NCBI GenBank assembly: GCA_973895155.1
Contig: OZ316892.1
Span: forward strand, 4,095,223-4,159,222
Source of the DNA: Marsupella aquatica
Taxonomy: Eukaryota > Plantae > Marchantiophyta
DNA length: 64,000 nt
Reading direction: 5' to 3'
A model generated the notes under the pieces. It made no database searches. It was not told the origin of the DNA and saw only the letters and a list, made by a program, of their open reading frames with translations. Positions 1 to 16,489 of this stretch are shown one piece after another. Both the position numbers and the translations under genes were made by a program. The first letter of the stretch is position 1. Each line of letters opens with the position of its first letter.

Positions 1-48
1 GAGACAAAGAAAGAGAAAGAAAATGAAGGAAACGACGAGGTAGTGCAC

Positions 49-210
49 CTTCACGTGATCCAGAGCGCTGCCAACAGAATCGCGGAACTGTGATGTCGAG
101 ATGGACATGAGAGCCGCCAAGCCGTGCCCATTCTGAGAATTGATGCAGTCGATGAAGCGATTGACAAAGTCCTGGATCCTCTTTTGCCCCTCCAGCGTTC
201 CGTAAGCCAT
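49..210 (-). CDS. EER5: First coding exon of an EER5/THP1 (PCID2, TREX-2 PCI-domain) homologue; gene continues beyond the left window edge
   Basis: Manual minus-strand translation from ATG 210: MAYGTLEGQKRIQDFVNRFIDCINSQNGHGLAALMSISTSQFRDSVGSALDHVK, then a GT donor at 48-47. Resembles the plant EER5 N-terminus (MAY..GE..RRI..YLNRF.DAV..QD) as recalled. Not in the ORF track. Confidence 0.7.
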
Positions 211-681
211 TCCCGAGCGAAGGGGAGGGCTCTTCCCAACAAAAGCGTTGTCCGTCCGTCCGCAGGTCCTTTGTTTCGCACGGGACAGAAGGCGAAAACA
301 GGGCGTGATTCTTAATTTTCGTCAGTAGCTCGTTAGACCATGATAACCCAGAGTCCCAATTGCTGCAGACACATTCAAGTAAACTGCACCAGCCATCATT
401 GCATAAATTTTAGTACGTCAAATTCAAAGATCTCCGAATGCTGAACAAGCCCGTGCACAGACAGAATGCTCGTAAAGCTGAGTTTCAACAAAATGCTAAG
501 ACCTAACGAAATCGAGACAGAGAGTGAGTAGATCGAGCTAAGATTCCTTTCAAGAGAGCTTTAAAAAATGCTTCACCTGGTCGCGAACCTTGAACAACAC
601 AAAGGATTAATTGATAGAGCTCAGATTGCTGCACGAAGCCACAACAAAATGCATCAATCTGTAGTTGCAAACGAGCGCTCC

Positions 682-685
<4 letters not shown>

Positions 686-713
<28 letters not shown>
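686..713. repeat. (GA)n microsatellite, probably in the 5' region of the EER5-like gene
   Basis: Uninterrupted AG/GA run of about 14 units. Confidence 0.9.
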
Positions 714-716
<3 letters not shown>

Positions 717-3700
717 CACAACGAGACGTGGGTGCATCAACAGGCACTCAGAGAACGAGCTTGATTAGTTCAGTTGGCCAGGGAATGAGTATGACAAGAG
801 TGTGGGGCACTTGTGACTTTCATCACCAAAGCAAAGGGACATTTCTTGTTCTAGAGAGGGACTCCAGACCAGACCAAAGATCTTTCGAAATGATTGTGAA
901 CGTCATGAATGCAAAAGCCAAAGTCTGCAAACGTTTGTATTTAATAAATGCAATTCCCTTGAGTGAAGGACCAAAGTTTGCAAATGTGTTTGACTTTAGA
1001 CCATCTTCAAACTTTACAAGACTTTGGGTAACTCCTTGTTCTAAAGATACTTAATGGACCTCCAAATGAAACTTCTTTACTTAACCCACCAGAACGTGCA
1101 TATTTTTGCCCAGTGGACTCCGGGCCACCACAGGTACCATTTCATGTCAGATGTTCTTCTAATAAAATGTGCAGTCCTTAAAGTGCAAGAATGTCACTAT
1201 CAAAATGCAGCACGTTCTACTGTTCTTTGGTGTCCAAAGGCGTTGCCAAATGCAATTGACTACGACCGTAGTGTCGAATGAGCCAATGAATTGACATTGT
1301 GCATACACAGACTGCAGTGTCAAATGAACCATTTGTCGTGTGACCGTAACATGACATCGGGGGCACGACACATAGCATCGCAGTTAGATCTTGTATACAT
1401 TGACAATAATGTATAAACAGATCACAGTGTCAAATGAACCGGGCGTCGTGCAACCACAATACAATACAGAGCACCGTAGTTAGATTTTGTACACATAGAC
1501 ATCAATGCATACAAAATGTATTATATATGTTAGAGGACTTAGGGTTCAGGGTAACCAGAGAACACACGAGTAAAATCAAAATTGATATCTTGATTTGTTT
1601 TCTAAGTGTGAACTATGCATACAATGTGCATTGTGTATACATCACAGTCTTACTTCTATGTTGAATATGGTATGGTTTTGTTCATTTGGGCAAGTTTTGA
1701 CATCGTGTATACATCACAATCTTACTTCTATGTTGAAAATGCCATGGTTTTGAATTACTATGAACATTGTATACATTGTGCACCCTTGCATGCATGGTTG
1801 TTGTATCTGGAATACTAGAGCCACAATGTATTCTAAAAATCTGAGAGGCCGGCCCAAAGCACGACGCCGTAGGTGTGCTTCGATGCTGCCGTAAGGTCCT
1901 TAATGTATTTGTACTTATAATACAATAACCATATTGTATTCAACCAAACTAGGAAGCCCCTGCTTCATTGCCCAAGGGCTACGGCACTTGCATGATCTAT
2001 GCGCTGCATAGTTATCGTCTACCTTACTACACATGCCCATCCACAGTCCACACTATCGTATGGCTAATCAGTAAGCCTAAACTGTGTGGTGAACCCTTTC
2101 ACAAGAACATTGTTGTACGGAGTGGGCCCAGAGGTCCATTGGGCAAAATTCTGCATGTTTTGGTCAATTAAGTACAAATATTGTGTTTGGAGGTCAGTTA
2201 AGTATATATCTCTTCTAAAGATAGACTTCACGTTAATATAGGTCTTTTGAATTGTAAGCCTCCATAGGACTCCAGATTACCCAACGAGCTCATTTCACAT
2301 TTGTTCCTCCCTTGAAGAAAGCGGTTTGCCCCTGCGCCTCCCAGCAGCCGTCGACTTCCCACTCACCCTTGCGCATACTCTCCACCATTCGATGCAATCA
2401 AGGGCTCAAAAGAAAGCTCTCATCAAGATCTAAAATTGGTAAAAATTTCAGCCAAAACTTTTGAGTGTTAAGTGAGAAAAATAGAAAACCTGATCTCTTT
2501 GATCTTATTGGTGGATTTCAATTCCTGAGATCTTGTCCATCCATTCAAACTCTTGCTTTCTTGACCATCCGTTTTTGTTCCAGCCATCTCATTCTTCCAT
2601 TTCAGAAGACCATATAGGGCTCAAACAAAAGATCTCTGTCTGGGTTTTTTTAATTTAAAAAATGATTAACTTTTTCTCAAGATAAAAATAAATATAATTC
2701 TGATATAGGTCTGCCTGCTGGCCGTTTTGCTCTCTGTGAAAACTGAATGAGTATAATACCATACATTGGACAAACATGTGGGTATACACCTGTAGTTGTG
2801 GTGTAGTGCAACCCCTCAATGGGGCACTTGGACTTTTTTCACCAAATCAAAACCCTGAGATCAAAACGGATGGCCACTTCTTATTCTTATGACAGACTCC
2901 AGACCAAACCTCTTTTCAAATTAACTTCAATCAATGCAAATCTTTGAATGAAGGAGCCAAAGTTTGCAGTCCAGCATTTCCACTCTCCCTGGTTGCCTTT
3001 GTGACCCTCTTCTCTGGTATGGGATCCCCCAAGTAGATGCTATAGTGGGAGAAGTGCGATTGTCTCTACCATCCCTGTTTGATCACTTTGTGACCCTAGT
3101 TTAATCTTGTCTTGAAGAGCCTACAGGGTCACTTGTGTATGCCAAACTAAGATAATTGTCTAGGACGGATACTCTTGGCATGCACTTGATTGAACAACTG
3201 AGGATACCAAAGATGTTTCAGTCCTGTTGTAGGTCAATGTCTTACTGGGAATTGCTAGGAAATCAAATTTTAAATTTAAACCTGGTTGGCAACTAGGATT
3301 TGCCAACACAATCTTGGTTGGGATCCAAATATTTATACATGCCGAGAGTGTTTCAAATGAATTGAGAGCAGTGCAACAAGTGCATAACGGGCACATGACA
3401 TTGGACACAAGGTGGGGGAAAGTCTGAAGGAAGGTAGTCCAGGTTTAGTGTCCTATGTCATGATGCTCTCATTGGAAGGTGTGGATCAAATTGGATACTT
3501 GGGAATATTATCTCGGTGGAGGAGTATGAGTTTAGTATTTCAAATCATGACTGGGTTGGCTTAAACCACAAATCATACTACAAGTACTCCGGGTGACCCG
3601 AAGTAGACATAACAAAAATGCGACATTTGCATTTGCGGACGGGCGCCCATCGCCAGCCCTTCGATCAAAGCTTGCAGAAATCTTATCCGTTCACCAAATG

Positions 3701-4507
3701 ACCCAATCCACAGTTCAAATTCAAGATCTCTTCAAGATCTACGTATACAAAAAAACCAGGATTAAAAACGATAATAAAATAAGAAAGAAAATTATGAAAA
3801 ACAAATGCAATGTTCTGATTGGCAGAGCCACAAATTCAAATTTGAAAATTTCCGGGCAGGTCGGGCAGGGGACATCTGGCCTGCGGAAAATGCCTATCGC
3901 AGGGCTCTGTGCCCATATGGTCGGGCAACACAGGCCTTTGTTGTGTGGGACATGTGGCTAAAGAGGGCCCCGGCCCTGCCCTTGTGGGCCTGAGCGGCCT
4001 TCATTAGTTTACATATAGTTTTCGCTTTGTTCTTTTCGAAGATTTCCCCTAGCGTGTCGGTTCAAACTCTGTGTACTCGAGGTCTCAGGTTCAAAACTCG
4101 CAAGTGTCCTCTGTGTGACTTGGACCTTTTTGGCAGCTGCAGTGTGCGCTGCCCTATGTGGGTGGCGGAAAAAATTCTGCAATGTGAGTTAGCGTGGCGG
4201 CTGGTTAGGGAACATGTTAGGGTTACAAAAAAAATGCTTTGGACGACCAGGATCTAAGGGGATGTAGCCAATGGGGAAGAGGGGTAGAGGGCTGGCAGGG
4301 GGCAAAGAGCCTATGTGCTTGCATTCAGGCCTCATTGTCCTCCCCAAATTTTTATTCTCTCCTCTTACTATGTTTCTACTTGTGTTCAACTTGAGGTTTT
4401 TTGGTGCAACTTTGTAGTCCCTTGTCGGGTTGGACTTGGCATCCGGTCTCCATTCTCCGTTTAGAGCTTATAGGTTTTTTTTAGTGTAGGTTTTAGGATA
4501 GGCTAGT

Positions 4508-7500
4508 ATGAGTATTCTGGATGGGAGGCGGAAACGCCCCCCACAGGGTGGTGGTCCACCAAGGTAGCGATATCTGAGTGATGACATCAATTACAAGAAG
4601 AGGCGAAGACCGGATGCCAAGCCCAAACTCTGGGTCCCACTTGACTGGTGGGATGAGTGGGAGGACCTTAGAGCTTTACTTGGACAGGATATGACCCACT
4701 CTACTGTGGTCACATGGTTACTTGATCGTGCACGGCCTATAGTTCAGGAGCTTCGGGTATGGCAAGCAACTGAGGCCGCTCCAATTCCACCCGAGGCTAT
4801 GCCTTCGCCCACAAGTGGTCAGCACATGGGTCAGGCTTCACAGTCATCGCTTCAGGTGGGAACCTCCTTTCATTTACTCAATATTTACCCATTTTAGCAA
4901 TTCATTTTGGCCCTTTGTATAAACCCATTGATTTAGGCTTATCCTGTACTATGCTTCTTATTTGAAACATAAATAATAAATCACATTTGAAGGAAAATGA
5001 AAGTCTCCCATTGTACCAAGAAGCATAATTATTTATATTTGAATATATAAACCCTTCATTGAAGCTCGTGCTGTATTGTAATTTCCATTTGAAACAAATA
5101 TGTAGTAAACCTGATTAGGTCAGGTATTAGGGTACTCAAGGGTCATAATAAACAAGCACATGTATTTATATTTGAATATATAAACCCTTCATTGAAGCTC
5201 GTGCTGTATTGTAATTTCCATTTGAGACAAAAATGTAGTAAACCTGATTAGGTCAGGTATTAGGGTACTCAAGGGTCATAATAAACAAGCACATGTATTT
5301 ATATTTGTATGTTCCTTGGGTTCAAGCTTATGCTATACTGTGATTTCCATTTGGGTCATGCCTTGGGGGTCAGGTTTGTGTTTATTAAAGAAAATTGGCA
5401 TCAATAACCCTCCACCAATATGGTCAATAATTATTGGTCAAACTCTACCTTAGGATTTATTGTAACCATATTTGGGGAGTATTTATTTTTGTATAATCCC
5501 AACATTGTCTTCCAGGATGCACTACTCAAAGAGGATGTTGTCTTAGACGAGACTATTGCAGAGCAATATGTATCAGATGCAGAAGATGAAGCCATGTATC
5601 GGGATGATGACCCAGATGTTGTTGCAGCTTTAGGAGCTGACCACATTGGGGATGGGGATACCTTCCAGGTTTGAGCTCTTTCACATTATTTTGAAATTGT
5701 TGAGACACAATCTCTAATTCATATCCCTGACATTTTTTACAGGACTTGTTCATCGTCCCCGATTCCCAGACATCTCAACCTTCTCCAGATTTAGACCCTC
5801 AGCCATCTCCAAAGGCCAATGATCAGCCATCCCGGGTTGCAGACTCTCAGGCATCTCGCGCACCTGACTCTCAGCCGTTATGACCTCTCGACGCACTCCC
5901 AACTTGTAGAACGAGCCCTCGTGTACCAGCCAGGGTAGCATTTTTTGATCGCAACTTGTTGGGTACTTTTGTTGACAGGCTACTACCCCGGTGTCATACA
6001 TGCATGTCCTCGGTTTAGGGTTTGGGGTAGCGAGTGTCCGAGTTGCATCAGTTGTGGTCTATTCATATTGGTTGTGGAGAGGATGGACATGGCTGGACTT
6101 TTGTTACGGGTGACAATGAGCCTGGGAAGAGTATGCCTATGATTACCCTCAGTTGTATCATTCCACCCTTTGTATCCCTTTGCGCTAGCCTCACCTATAC
6201 CTCCTTGGCTGCTGTTGCCGCACATCTTGGATTACATGTCCCCACTGCAGCTCGTTGGCATGACTTTCAAAGTGGTCGTGGTCGTTCTTTTGGTGGATGG
6301 ATAGTAGCTGTGAGACAGCAATGGGAAGAAAACAAAAGGCATATGTGGCAGCAATTGAGGGATACTATTCAGCAGAGGCGAACGACTAAGACTAGTAAGT
6401 AATTTATTTTACTCTCTTTCACTTTTTCTAGTTACTCAAGGGTTAAAGTCTTATTGGGTCATGATGACTTTTGATTCTAATAGTTTGTATATGCATTGGT
6501 TATGACAGACCCTGGGTTAGTAGTGTATTTGGATACTCGATGGGATTCTTCTCGGAGCGGTTATCATGGTACCACCTCTATTTTGAGCATGGAAGATAAT
6601 AGGGTAATTGAGATGGTTACAAATACTAGAAGAGAGGAGAGAAATGCTTGGCACATGGAGGACAAGGGTACTCAGAGGGCATTGGATAATCTGAGAGAGG
6701 CTGGCATTTCTATCATAGAGGTTATCCATGATGACAAAGCCACTATTGATAATATTGTGGAGGACATGGAGATTAGGAACCAGAAGGACTTGTGGCACAA
6801 GGCCAAAAACCTTGTCAAGAAGTTTGTGGAGAAGATGGTGAGCGGCACATATACTGTGACTATTGACATTGATACTACCGCATCTCGTTCTGAGTTGCAA
6901 GCGGTAACCGCTAAGAGATTACAGGATTGGCTCAAGGCACGGGGAGTGAGAGGGTATTCAACCCTTAGGAAGGAAGCACTTGTTCACAAAGTTGGCAACA
7001 TGCGTGGATTGCCTCTAGGTGAACTGATACATATTTCGACACGTGGTCTCAAGTACCCAGAGTTGTCTCAGCACAACATTGCCACAAAGTTCAAGACCTG
7101 GTTTTATGTATGTTGTCGACGATGTAAGAGCAGGTATTTATAATGTTCATGTTTGGTGACTTTTCAATTTGATATAATGTGTAAATACTAATGTTGGTTT
7201 GGTTTGGGTTTATTTTACCCTAATTGACTATAGAATGTTCAATATGCAGTGGGGGGGGGGGGGGCGCTGCATCTCTGGCCCTCGAGTTGAGCAACTGTGG
7301 TGATCATTGGGCCGGGGATCATAGCTTATGTGCGAGATTATCTGACAGACCTTGTCAGCATCTTGAGGAACCAGGAGCTATCCAGCTTGACCATTACTAT
7401 GCAAGAGGTAAGTAATTTTGTGACCTCCTTTTGTGACTTATGTCACATGATTGTTAGCATGATTGAACTTCCATGCATGACCTTTTTTATTGAATTTTTG

Positions 7501-7870
7501 TACTTTGTGCATGTAGGTGGGGAGACTCACAAGGCTATGCAAAAGTTCATGAAAAAATACATTACTCTTGCGAATATGAAGTTTTATACCATGGCCCGGG
7601 AGAATTTCATGCCAGAGACCTACCATTCCGTCATGGGCAAGTATACCACCAAGCGTATTCATTTTTTGGCAAGCCACGAGGCCCATTTGTATTGTGCTGC
7701 CATGGATTGGAACGAGAATATAAGAAGACATGTTTAGAAGGTATATGATCGCACACCTGTGAATACAACTGTCAGAGAGCGTCCTCCTCAAACACGAGTA
7801 TTGGTGGACCGCACCACTAGTTGGAAGGACACAACAAGTGAACGCATTTATGGTGTGACAAGTCCATGAG
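4508..7870 (+). pseudogene. Kolobok-type DDE transposase, multi-exon, with in-frame stops
   Basis: GT-AG exons ~4508-4855, 5516-5668, 5743-6394, 6509-7133, 7250-7407, 7517-7870. Motifs: WEDLRALLG..TWLLDR; CHTC..C..GH.W; LDTRWDSSRSG (cf. GDGRxDSPG); IHDD (cf. TDRH); DLWHKAKNL (cf. DVWHVAKS); PETYHSVMGKYTTKRIHF..AAMDWNEN (cf. LExFHS..YxPKR..LDHNEN). Stops include TAG at 4565. Confidence 0.8.
5030..5310. repeat. Tandem duplication (~137 bp x2) in the first transposase intron
   Basis: tatttatatttgaatatataaacccttcattgaagctcgtgctg... occurs at ~5030 and ~5165. Confidence 0.85.
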
Positions 7871-8384
7871 GTAAGACACTCCTCCATAAATATGATTGCA
7901 AGCATAAAATGTAAGGATAGGGTATGTTTGAGGTAATTCTAATTACAAATTGTTTTTTTGCAGGATGATTTCATGTCATCCTAGATGCTCAGACATTACC
8001 ACCCAAGTGCTGTCTCTCTATAAGGTCAGCGTACATATGGAGTAACACCTCCATATATGACCTCGGCTAACATGTACCTCATGTGAGTGAAAATTGTGAC
8101 TTGTTCTTTTTGGAAACAATTCATTATAGTGTGAAAATTTATCATTTTGTGTACCTCAATGCTAATTTTATTATTTACCATTGCAGGGGTGATTTCCTTG
8201 AGGAGGGCTGAGACCTAGCACCACTTGTATTTCAGCCTTTTTGCATGGATAGTGTTAGCAATCCAGACTTGGGGGTACCCTATTACTATCAACTTGGAAT
8301 GCTATGCCAAAATTTCAAACTTTTATAAATTATGTTTTTTGTCAATTTTTCTCATACCATGCCCAAACAGTCTTATAACTTGGG

Positions 8385-8785
8385 CACCAAGTGAGGGAAT
8401 GAGAAAAGTTTAGAAGTGGAGCACCAAGCGAGGGAATGAGTAAAGTTTGTGGTTATTGAATAACATATGGCATTTCTGGGCAGCTTTGAGAGGTAGTAAT
8501 CATCTGGGTCCCTTTGCCAACCTAGTGATGGAATGAGAAAAGTTTAGAAGTGGAGCACCAAAGTGAGGGAATGAGTAAAGTTTGTGGTTGACATATGGCA
8601 TTTCTGGGCAGCTTTGGAGGTAGTAATCATTTGGGTCCCTTTGCCAACCTTGTGATGGAATGAGAAAAGTTTAGAAGTGGAGCACCAAAGTGAGGGAATG
8701 AGTAAAGTTTGTGGTTGACATATGGCATTTTTGGGCCGCTTTGAGAGGTAGTGATCATTAATTTGGGTCCCTTTGCCAACCTTAT
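8385..8785. repeat. Tandem repeat (~130 bp x3) between the Kolobok transposase and KolX
   Basis: ggaatgagaaaagtttagaagtggagcacc...gggtccctttgccaacct repeated three times. Confidence 0.85.
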
Positions 8786-9058
8786 CTCATTTTGGTTTCA
8801 TTGAATATGTTAACATCTGAAGGGAATTGATCTTTTCATGCTGCCAAACAAAAGCAAGAGTTGTCTCCCTGTAACAGGTGCAATTGCGATGCACAATATT
8901 TCAAACAAGAGTTCTCTTGGAAAAATTGCAATTGTGGTATCTCTAACCCATGTCTAACCCATGGCCATGTACTCCCAAGGGGAATTGAACCCCTTTTGCT
9001 GCCAACCAGCAGGAGTTATACTCTGCAAACAGTTTATTAGAAGATCTTGGCGGAAATT

Positions 9059-9499
9059 TCAAACAAATGTGAAACATATATAGCAGAAGCCTTTGTACTC
9101 CTCATTTGGGATAAATCCTACAAATTCCTCCCCTTCATCATGCCAACTTGCCTTCACACAAGCTTCAACAACTTTGGGAAACTTGGTTCTATCAGAAAAC
9201 CCTGCTATGTAAGCCAAGTGAGTGTAGACCTGAAATCTTTTCCTTCTCATGACAGTTTCAGCATAACTATATGCTGCGCACATGATAAATTGTTTCATCG
9301 GGACTACAGGATTGAGATCCATGTGACACTCTGAAATTGTAGTAGAGAATTCAGGAAAATCAGCTTGGACTTGTTCCAATGTGACAGTCCGAACAATAGG
9401 TGGAGCATCGCCAACATCAGCAGGATCCTGCCAACTCAAGGTGTAGGTCCCGTTTTCATGTTCAGTCAATGTGGCTCTCAACTTTCTAATTGGTGCCAT
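9059..9499 (-). CDS. KolX-like (P2X7 C-terminal 'ballast'-like) second protein of the Kolobok element
   Basis: ORF ends RRKRFQVYTHLAYIAGFSDRTKFPKVVEACVKASWHDEGEEFVGF, matching the KolX pattern R..AYR.F....G...R..IP.CV...IR..FP...G.Y.GF. It is opposite-strand and convergent to the transposase inside the TTAA boundaries. AG acceptor just before ATG 9499. Confidence 0.65.
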   Translation of the reverse strand: MAPIRKLRATLTEHENGTYTLSWQDPADVGDAPPIVRTVTLEQVQADFPEFSTTISECHMDLNPVVPMKQFIMCAAYSYAETVMRRKRFQVYTHLAYIAGFSDRTKFPKVVEACVKASWHDEGEEFVGFIPNEEYKGFCYICFTFV

Positions 9500-9774
9500 G
9501 TTCCTGAAAAAATCAAACACTCAAATATCACATATGTTGTTGCTGCCCAACACTCACATACAATATGAATTCAACAATAGAGATCCAGCAGAGAGACCGA
9601 CTCAAATCACCCAAAACCAAATCTGACTCATTGCAACAAGACATGAATACTACATTGCTCGAAAATTGACATTGCAATGTAACGAAGGAGGAGAGGGGAC
9701 CAGAGAGTTGATACTATCCCTAGTGAAGCTGAAGCTGGAATGTGGGCACAACGACATGAGCAAGGAGCTTGTTA

Positions 9775-10720
9775 GCTACGGAGCGAGCGACCTTGACCTA
9801 TAGCAACGAGCAAGCTTGAGCAGCAATCGAGCTTGGTGAGGGACCCCGAGGCAGAAGCAAGTTGAAGCAGCAAGCGAGCTTGGACAGAGGCAGCAACAAG
9901 TTGAAGCAGCGAGCTTTGACCGAGGCAGCAGCGAGTTGAAGTGGCGAGCTTCAGCAGCAACAGCCGAGGCTGTAGCAAGATTCAGCAGCAAGCTTGGACC
10001 GAGGCAGCAGCGAGTGAGGGCAACAACGAGTTGAAGCGGCGAGCTTCAGCAGCAACAGCCGAGGCAGCAACAAGATTTCAGCAGCAAGCGAGCTTGGACC
10101 AAGGCAGCAGCGAGCGAGGGCAGCAGCAAGTTGAAGCGGCGAGCTTCAGCAACAACAGTCGAGGCAGCAACAAGATTCAACAGCGAGTTCAAGCAATGAG
10201 TTGAAACAGCAAATCTATTCAACAGCAAGTTGAGTTGAAGCACAAAATTGATTCAGCAGCGAGATCAAGCAGGAAATCGAGCAACAACAGCGAGCAGGGG
10301 CAGCCGAGAGCTTTGCGAACAGGGGCAGCCAAGGGCGCAGCGAGTAAGGCAGTCCGTGGATGGCTATGGCAGTCGTAAGCTCGAAGGGAGGAGGCCATAC
10401 ATTCAGCTGGGAGGCAGGAGCGAGCCTCGGCAGCAATAGCCTCAGCAGCACCGAGTTGAAGTCAGCAGCAAGTCGAATGAAGCAGCGAGTTGAATGAAGC
10501 ACCAACAGCCAAGGATGCATCAAGCTTCGGCAATCGATTGAGTGGAAACAGCAACCAGGGGCAGCAGATGGCGCAACGAGCATGGGCACACTGTGGCTGG
10601 CTATGGCAGCCAAAACCTCGAAGGGAGGAGTGTGAGAGGAGGCCAGCAGCTCGCAGGGGTCGAAGGGAGGAGCGCGGGAGGAGGCGAGCAGCTCGCAGGG
10701 GCAGCTCGTTGCAGTCTAGG
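9775..10720. repeat. Low-complexity CAG/GCAGCAA-rich degenerate tandem repeats at the right end of the Kolobok element
   Basis: Repeated gcgagcttcagcagcaacagccgaggcagcaacaagattcagc-type units; spurious ORFs in many frames. Confidence 0.75.
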
Positions 10721-11772
10721 GCTGGTGGGGGAGGGGAGGGCGGTCCTGCTGACCCCGGGTTAGTCCCTCGGGTTCGAACTGGTCTCTGACCCAGCGGGCA
10801 GGGCTCGGGGTCCTTATGTACCCCGAGTTGTGGTTTAAGGGTTTGGATAGTATTGGAACTTGAAAACTTGTGGGGAAAGAAACAGGAATTTAGTGGCTTA
10901 CATATGTCTGGGCCAACTATATCCACGGCATCAGCATAGGCTCGAGCTAGAAGTTCTCTATATGTTTTAGCATTTTCAGTAACCACCTGGATGCCATGGG
11001 CACCATACTGACCTACTTGTAGTTCTTTCAAAGGTTAGGGGGTGAATCTGGTTCTATCGTGACACTTCAGGTCTCCATATATTGTTCTTTTTAGGTCGAC
11101 ATTCTCGTTGGTTTGTTGTTTGGTTTTCACTTGTTCTGGCATTTAAAACTTGTGTTGGGCTTTCTGGGGTTACAATTACACTTACTCTATTACGTAGGGC
11201 ACAAGCCAATACTACAAGGTACACTATTTACCATACTCAGTGTTACTACAAATATAGTGTAACAGGATTATGCGAGTAAGGAAGTTTTGAAACTCAACTA
11301 ACATTAATTACAGAACATACTAACATAACACTAAAATCAATGATTCCTGTGAGAATACACAATACACATTTGTAAATGGAATAATGATTAATGTAATGTA
11401 ATGGTTTAGTTAGGCTCTCTCATTTAATGCATTCATGGTCTATGTTATTGTCTAAAAATTCTAGTTTTTCATAACATTGTCATCTCACACTTTCCACACC
11501 CAAATAGTGTGCCTACCTGACAACAAGATTCATTGTTTCAAGCAATATTTTGGGTATCAATCTTCCCACCACAAATAATGTGAGCTGAATGTCCCCTTTT
11601 TGGATCACTTGCAATTAATAGCTTACTGATAATACTGAGTAAGTGTTAGTGACAATTTTTTGTGCTGTTCAAATTTTTGGAAGTCACACAATTAGTGTTA
11701 GTAACACTATAATTTTTAATAATTTAAAAAAAATAAAAATGTAAGGGGAAATCTGTAAAACCCCACAGATAA

Positions 11773-11895
11773 GGATCAGTCAGTCACAACTTTTGAACCC
11801 AGGGCCTAATACTCACTACTCAAGTGAGCTAGGGATCAGTCAATCACAACTTTTGAACCCAGGACCTAAGTCTCACCACTCAAGTGAGCTACCAC
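11773..11895. repeat. Tandem duplication (~60 bp x2)
   Basis: ggatcagtca(g/a)tcacaacttttgaacccagg..ctcaagtgagcta occurs twice. Confidence 0.85.
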
Positions 11896-12458
11896 ACAAC
11901 CATCTCTCTTGCCTCTCTTGGCAGTTTCCTCAACCCTTGTAACTATCATGATGAAAGCTGCCAATTCAGCGAGAGACACAACCTCTCTCTCAAGCAAGGT
12001 ATAGAATAGTGGAGTTTATTGAAGCTCTTCTCTCTCTTTATCCAGTGCGGCAGTCACGCCAAATCTCGTCCCCAAATAATTTGCGTTATCGGGCCATTGG
12101 AGGCCCGAGGCCGTCCATCTATAACATCCACGGCAGTGGAGCAGCTAGTCAAACTACAGTCCTGTACGGTCGCCCCGAAGTGCCGCCAGTTTAGCTGACC
12201 CGCTTTCCAGTGAAGGACAGCTACTGTAGATTAGCTGAAGAATTGAAGACGAACGAGAGAACATATCGATCAACGAGGAAACATCGAGAGTAGAGCTCCG
12301 TAATAAATCATATGTCGCTCCGAATTGTGTGAGACATATGAAGGGGATCGATCGAAGGCGAGCTCTCCAGTCTAGTCGACGCCCCGACGAACGTAAGACA
12401 CGCAGGTAGGGAGGGCGCAGGAGGGAAGAGTGGAGGTGGAGGTGGAATTGCAAGAGCA

Positions 12459-16489
<4,031 letters not shown>

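Larger units (their letters stand above)
3565..10834 (+). mobile_element. Kolobok-like DNA transposon, 7,270 bp, full-length but decayed
   Basis: TTAA at 3561-3564 and 10835-10838. Termini ACCACAAATCATACTACA versus revcomp ACCACAACTCGGGGTACA (13/18). Inverted GCCCTGCCC subterminal motifs near 3973 and 10796. Contains a Kolobok-type transposase (+) and a KolX-like ORF (-). Confidence 0.8.

Noticed and set aside
7251-7264. G14 run in a transposase exon as a programmed frameshift or G-quadruplex
   Set aside because: Single homopolymer in a pseudogene; slippage or sequencing error is equally likely
3561-10838. piggyBac classification from the TTAA TSD
   Set aside because: Ends are not CCY..RGG and the transposase motifs are Kolobok-type DDE
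9772-11031. Gln/Ala/Leu-rich ORFs on both strands
   Set aside because: Products of low-complexity CAG-rich repeats; ORF 10462-11031 crosses the element boundary
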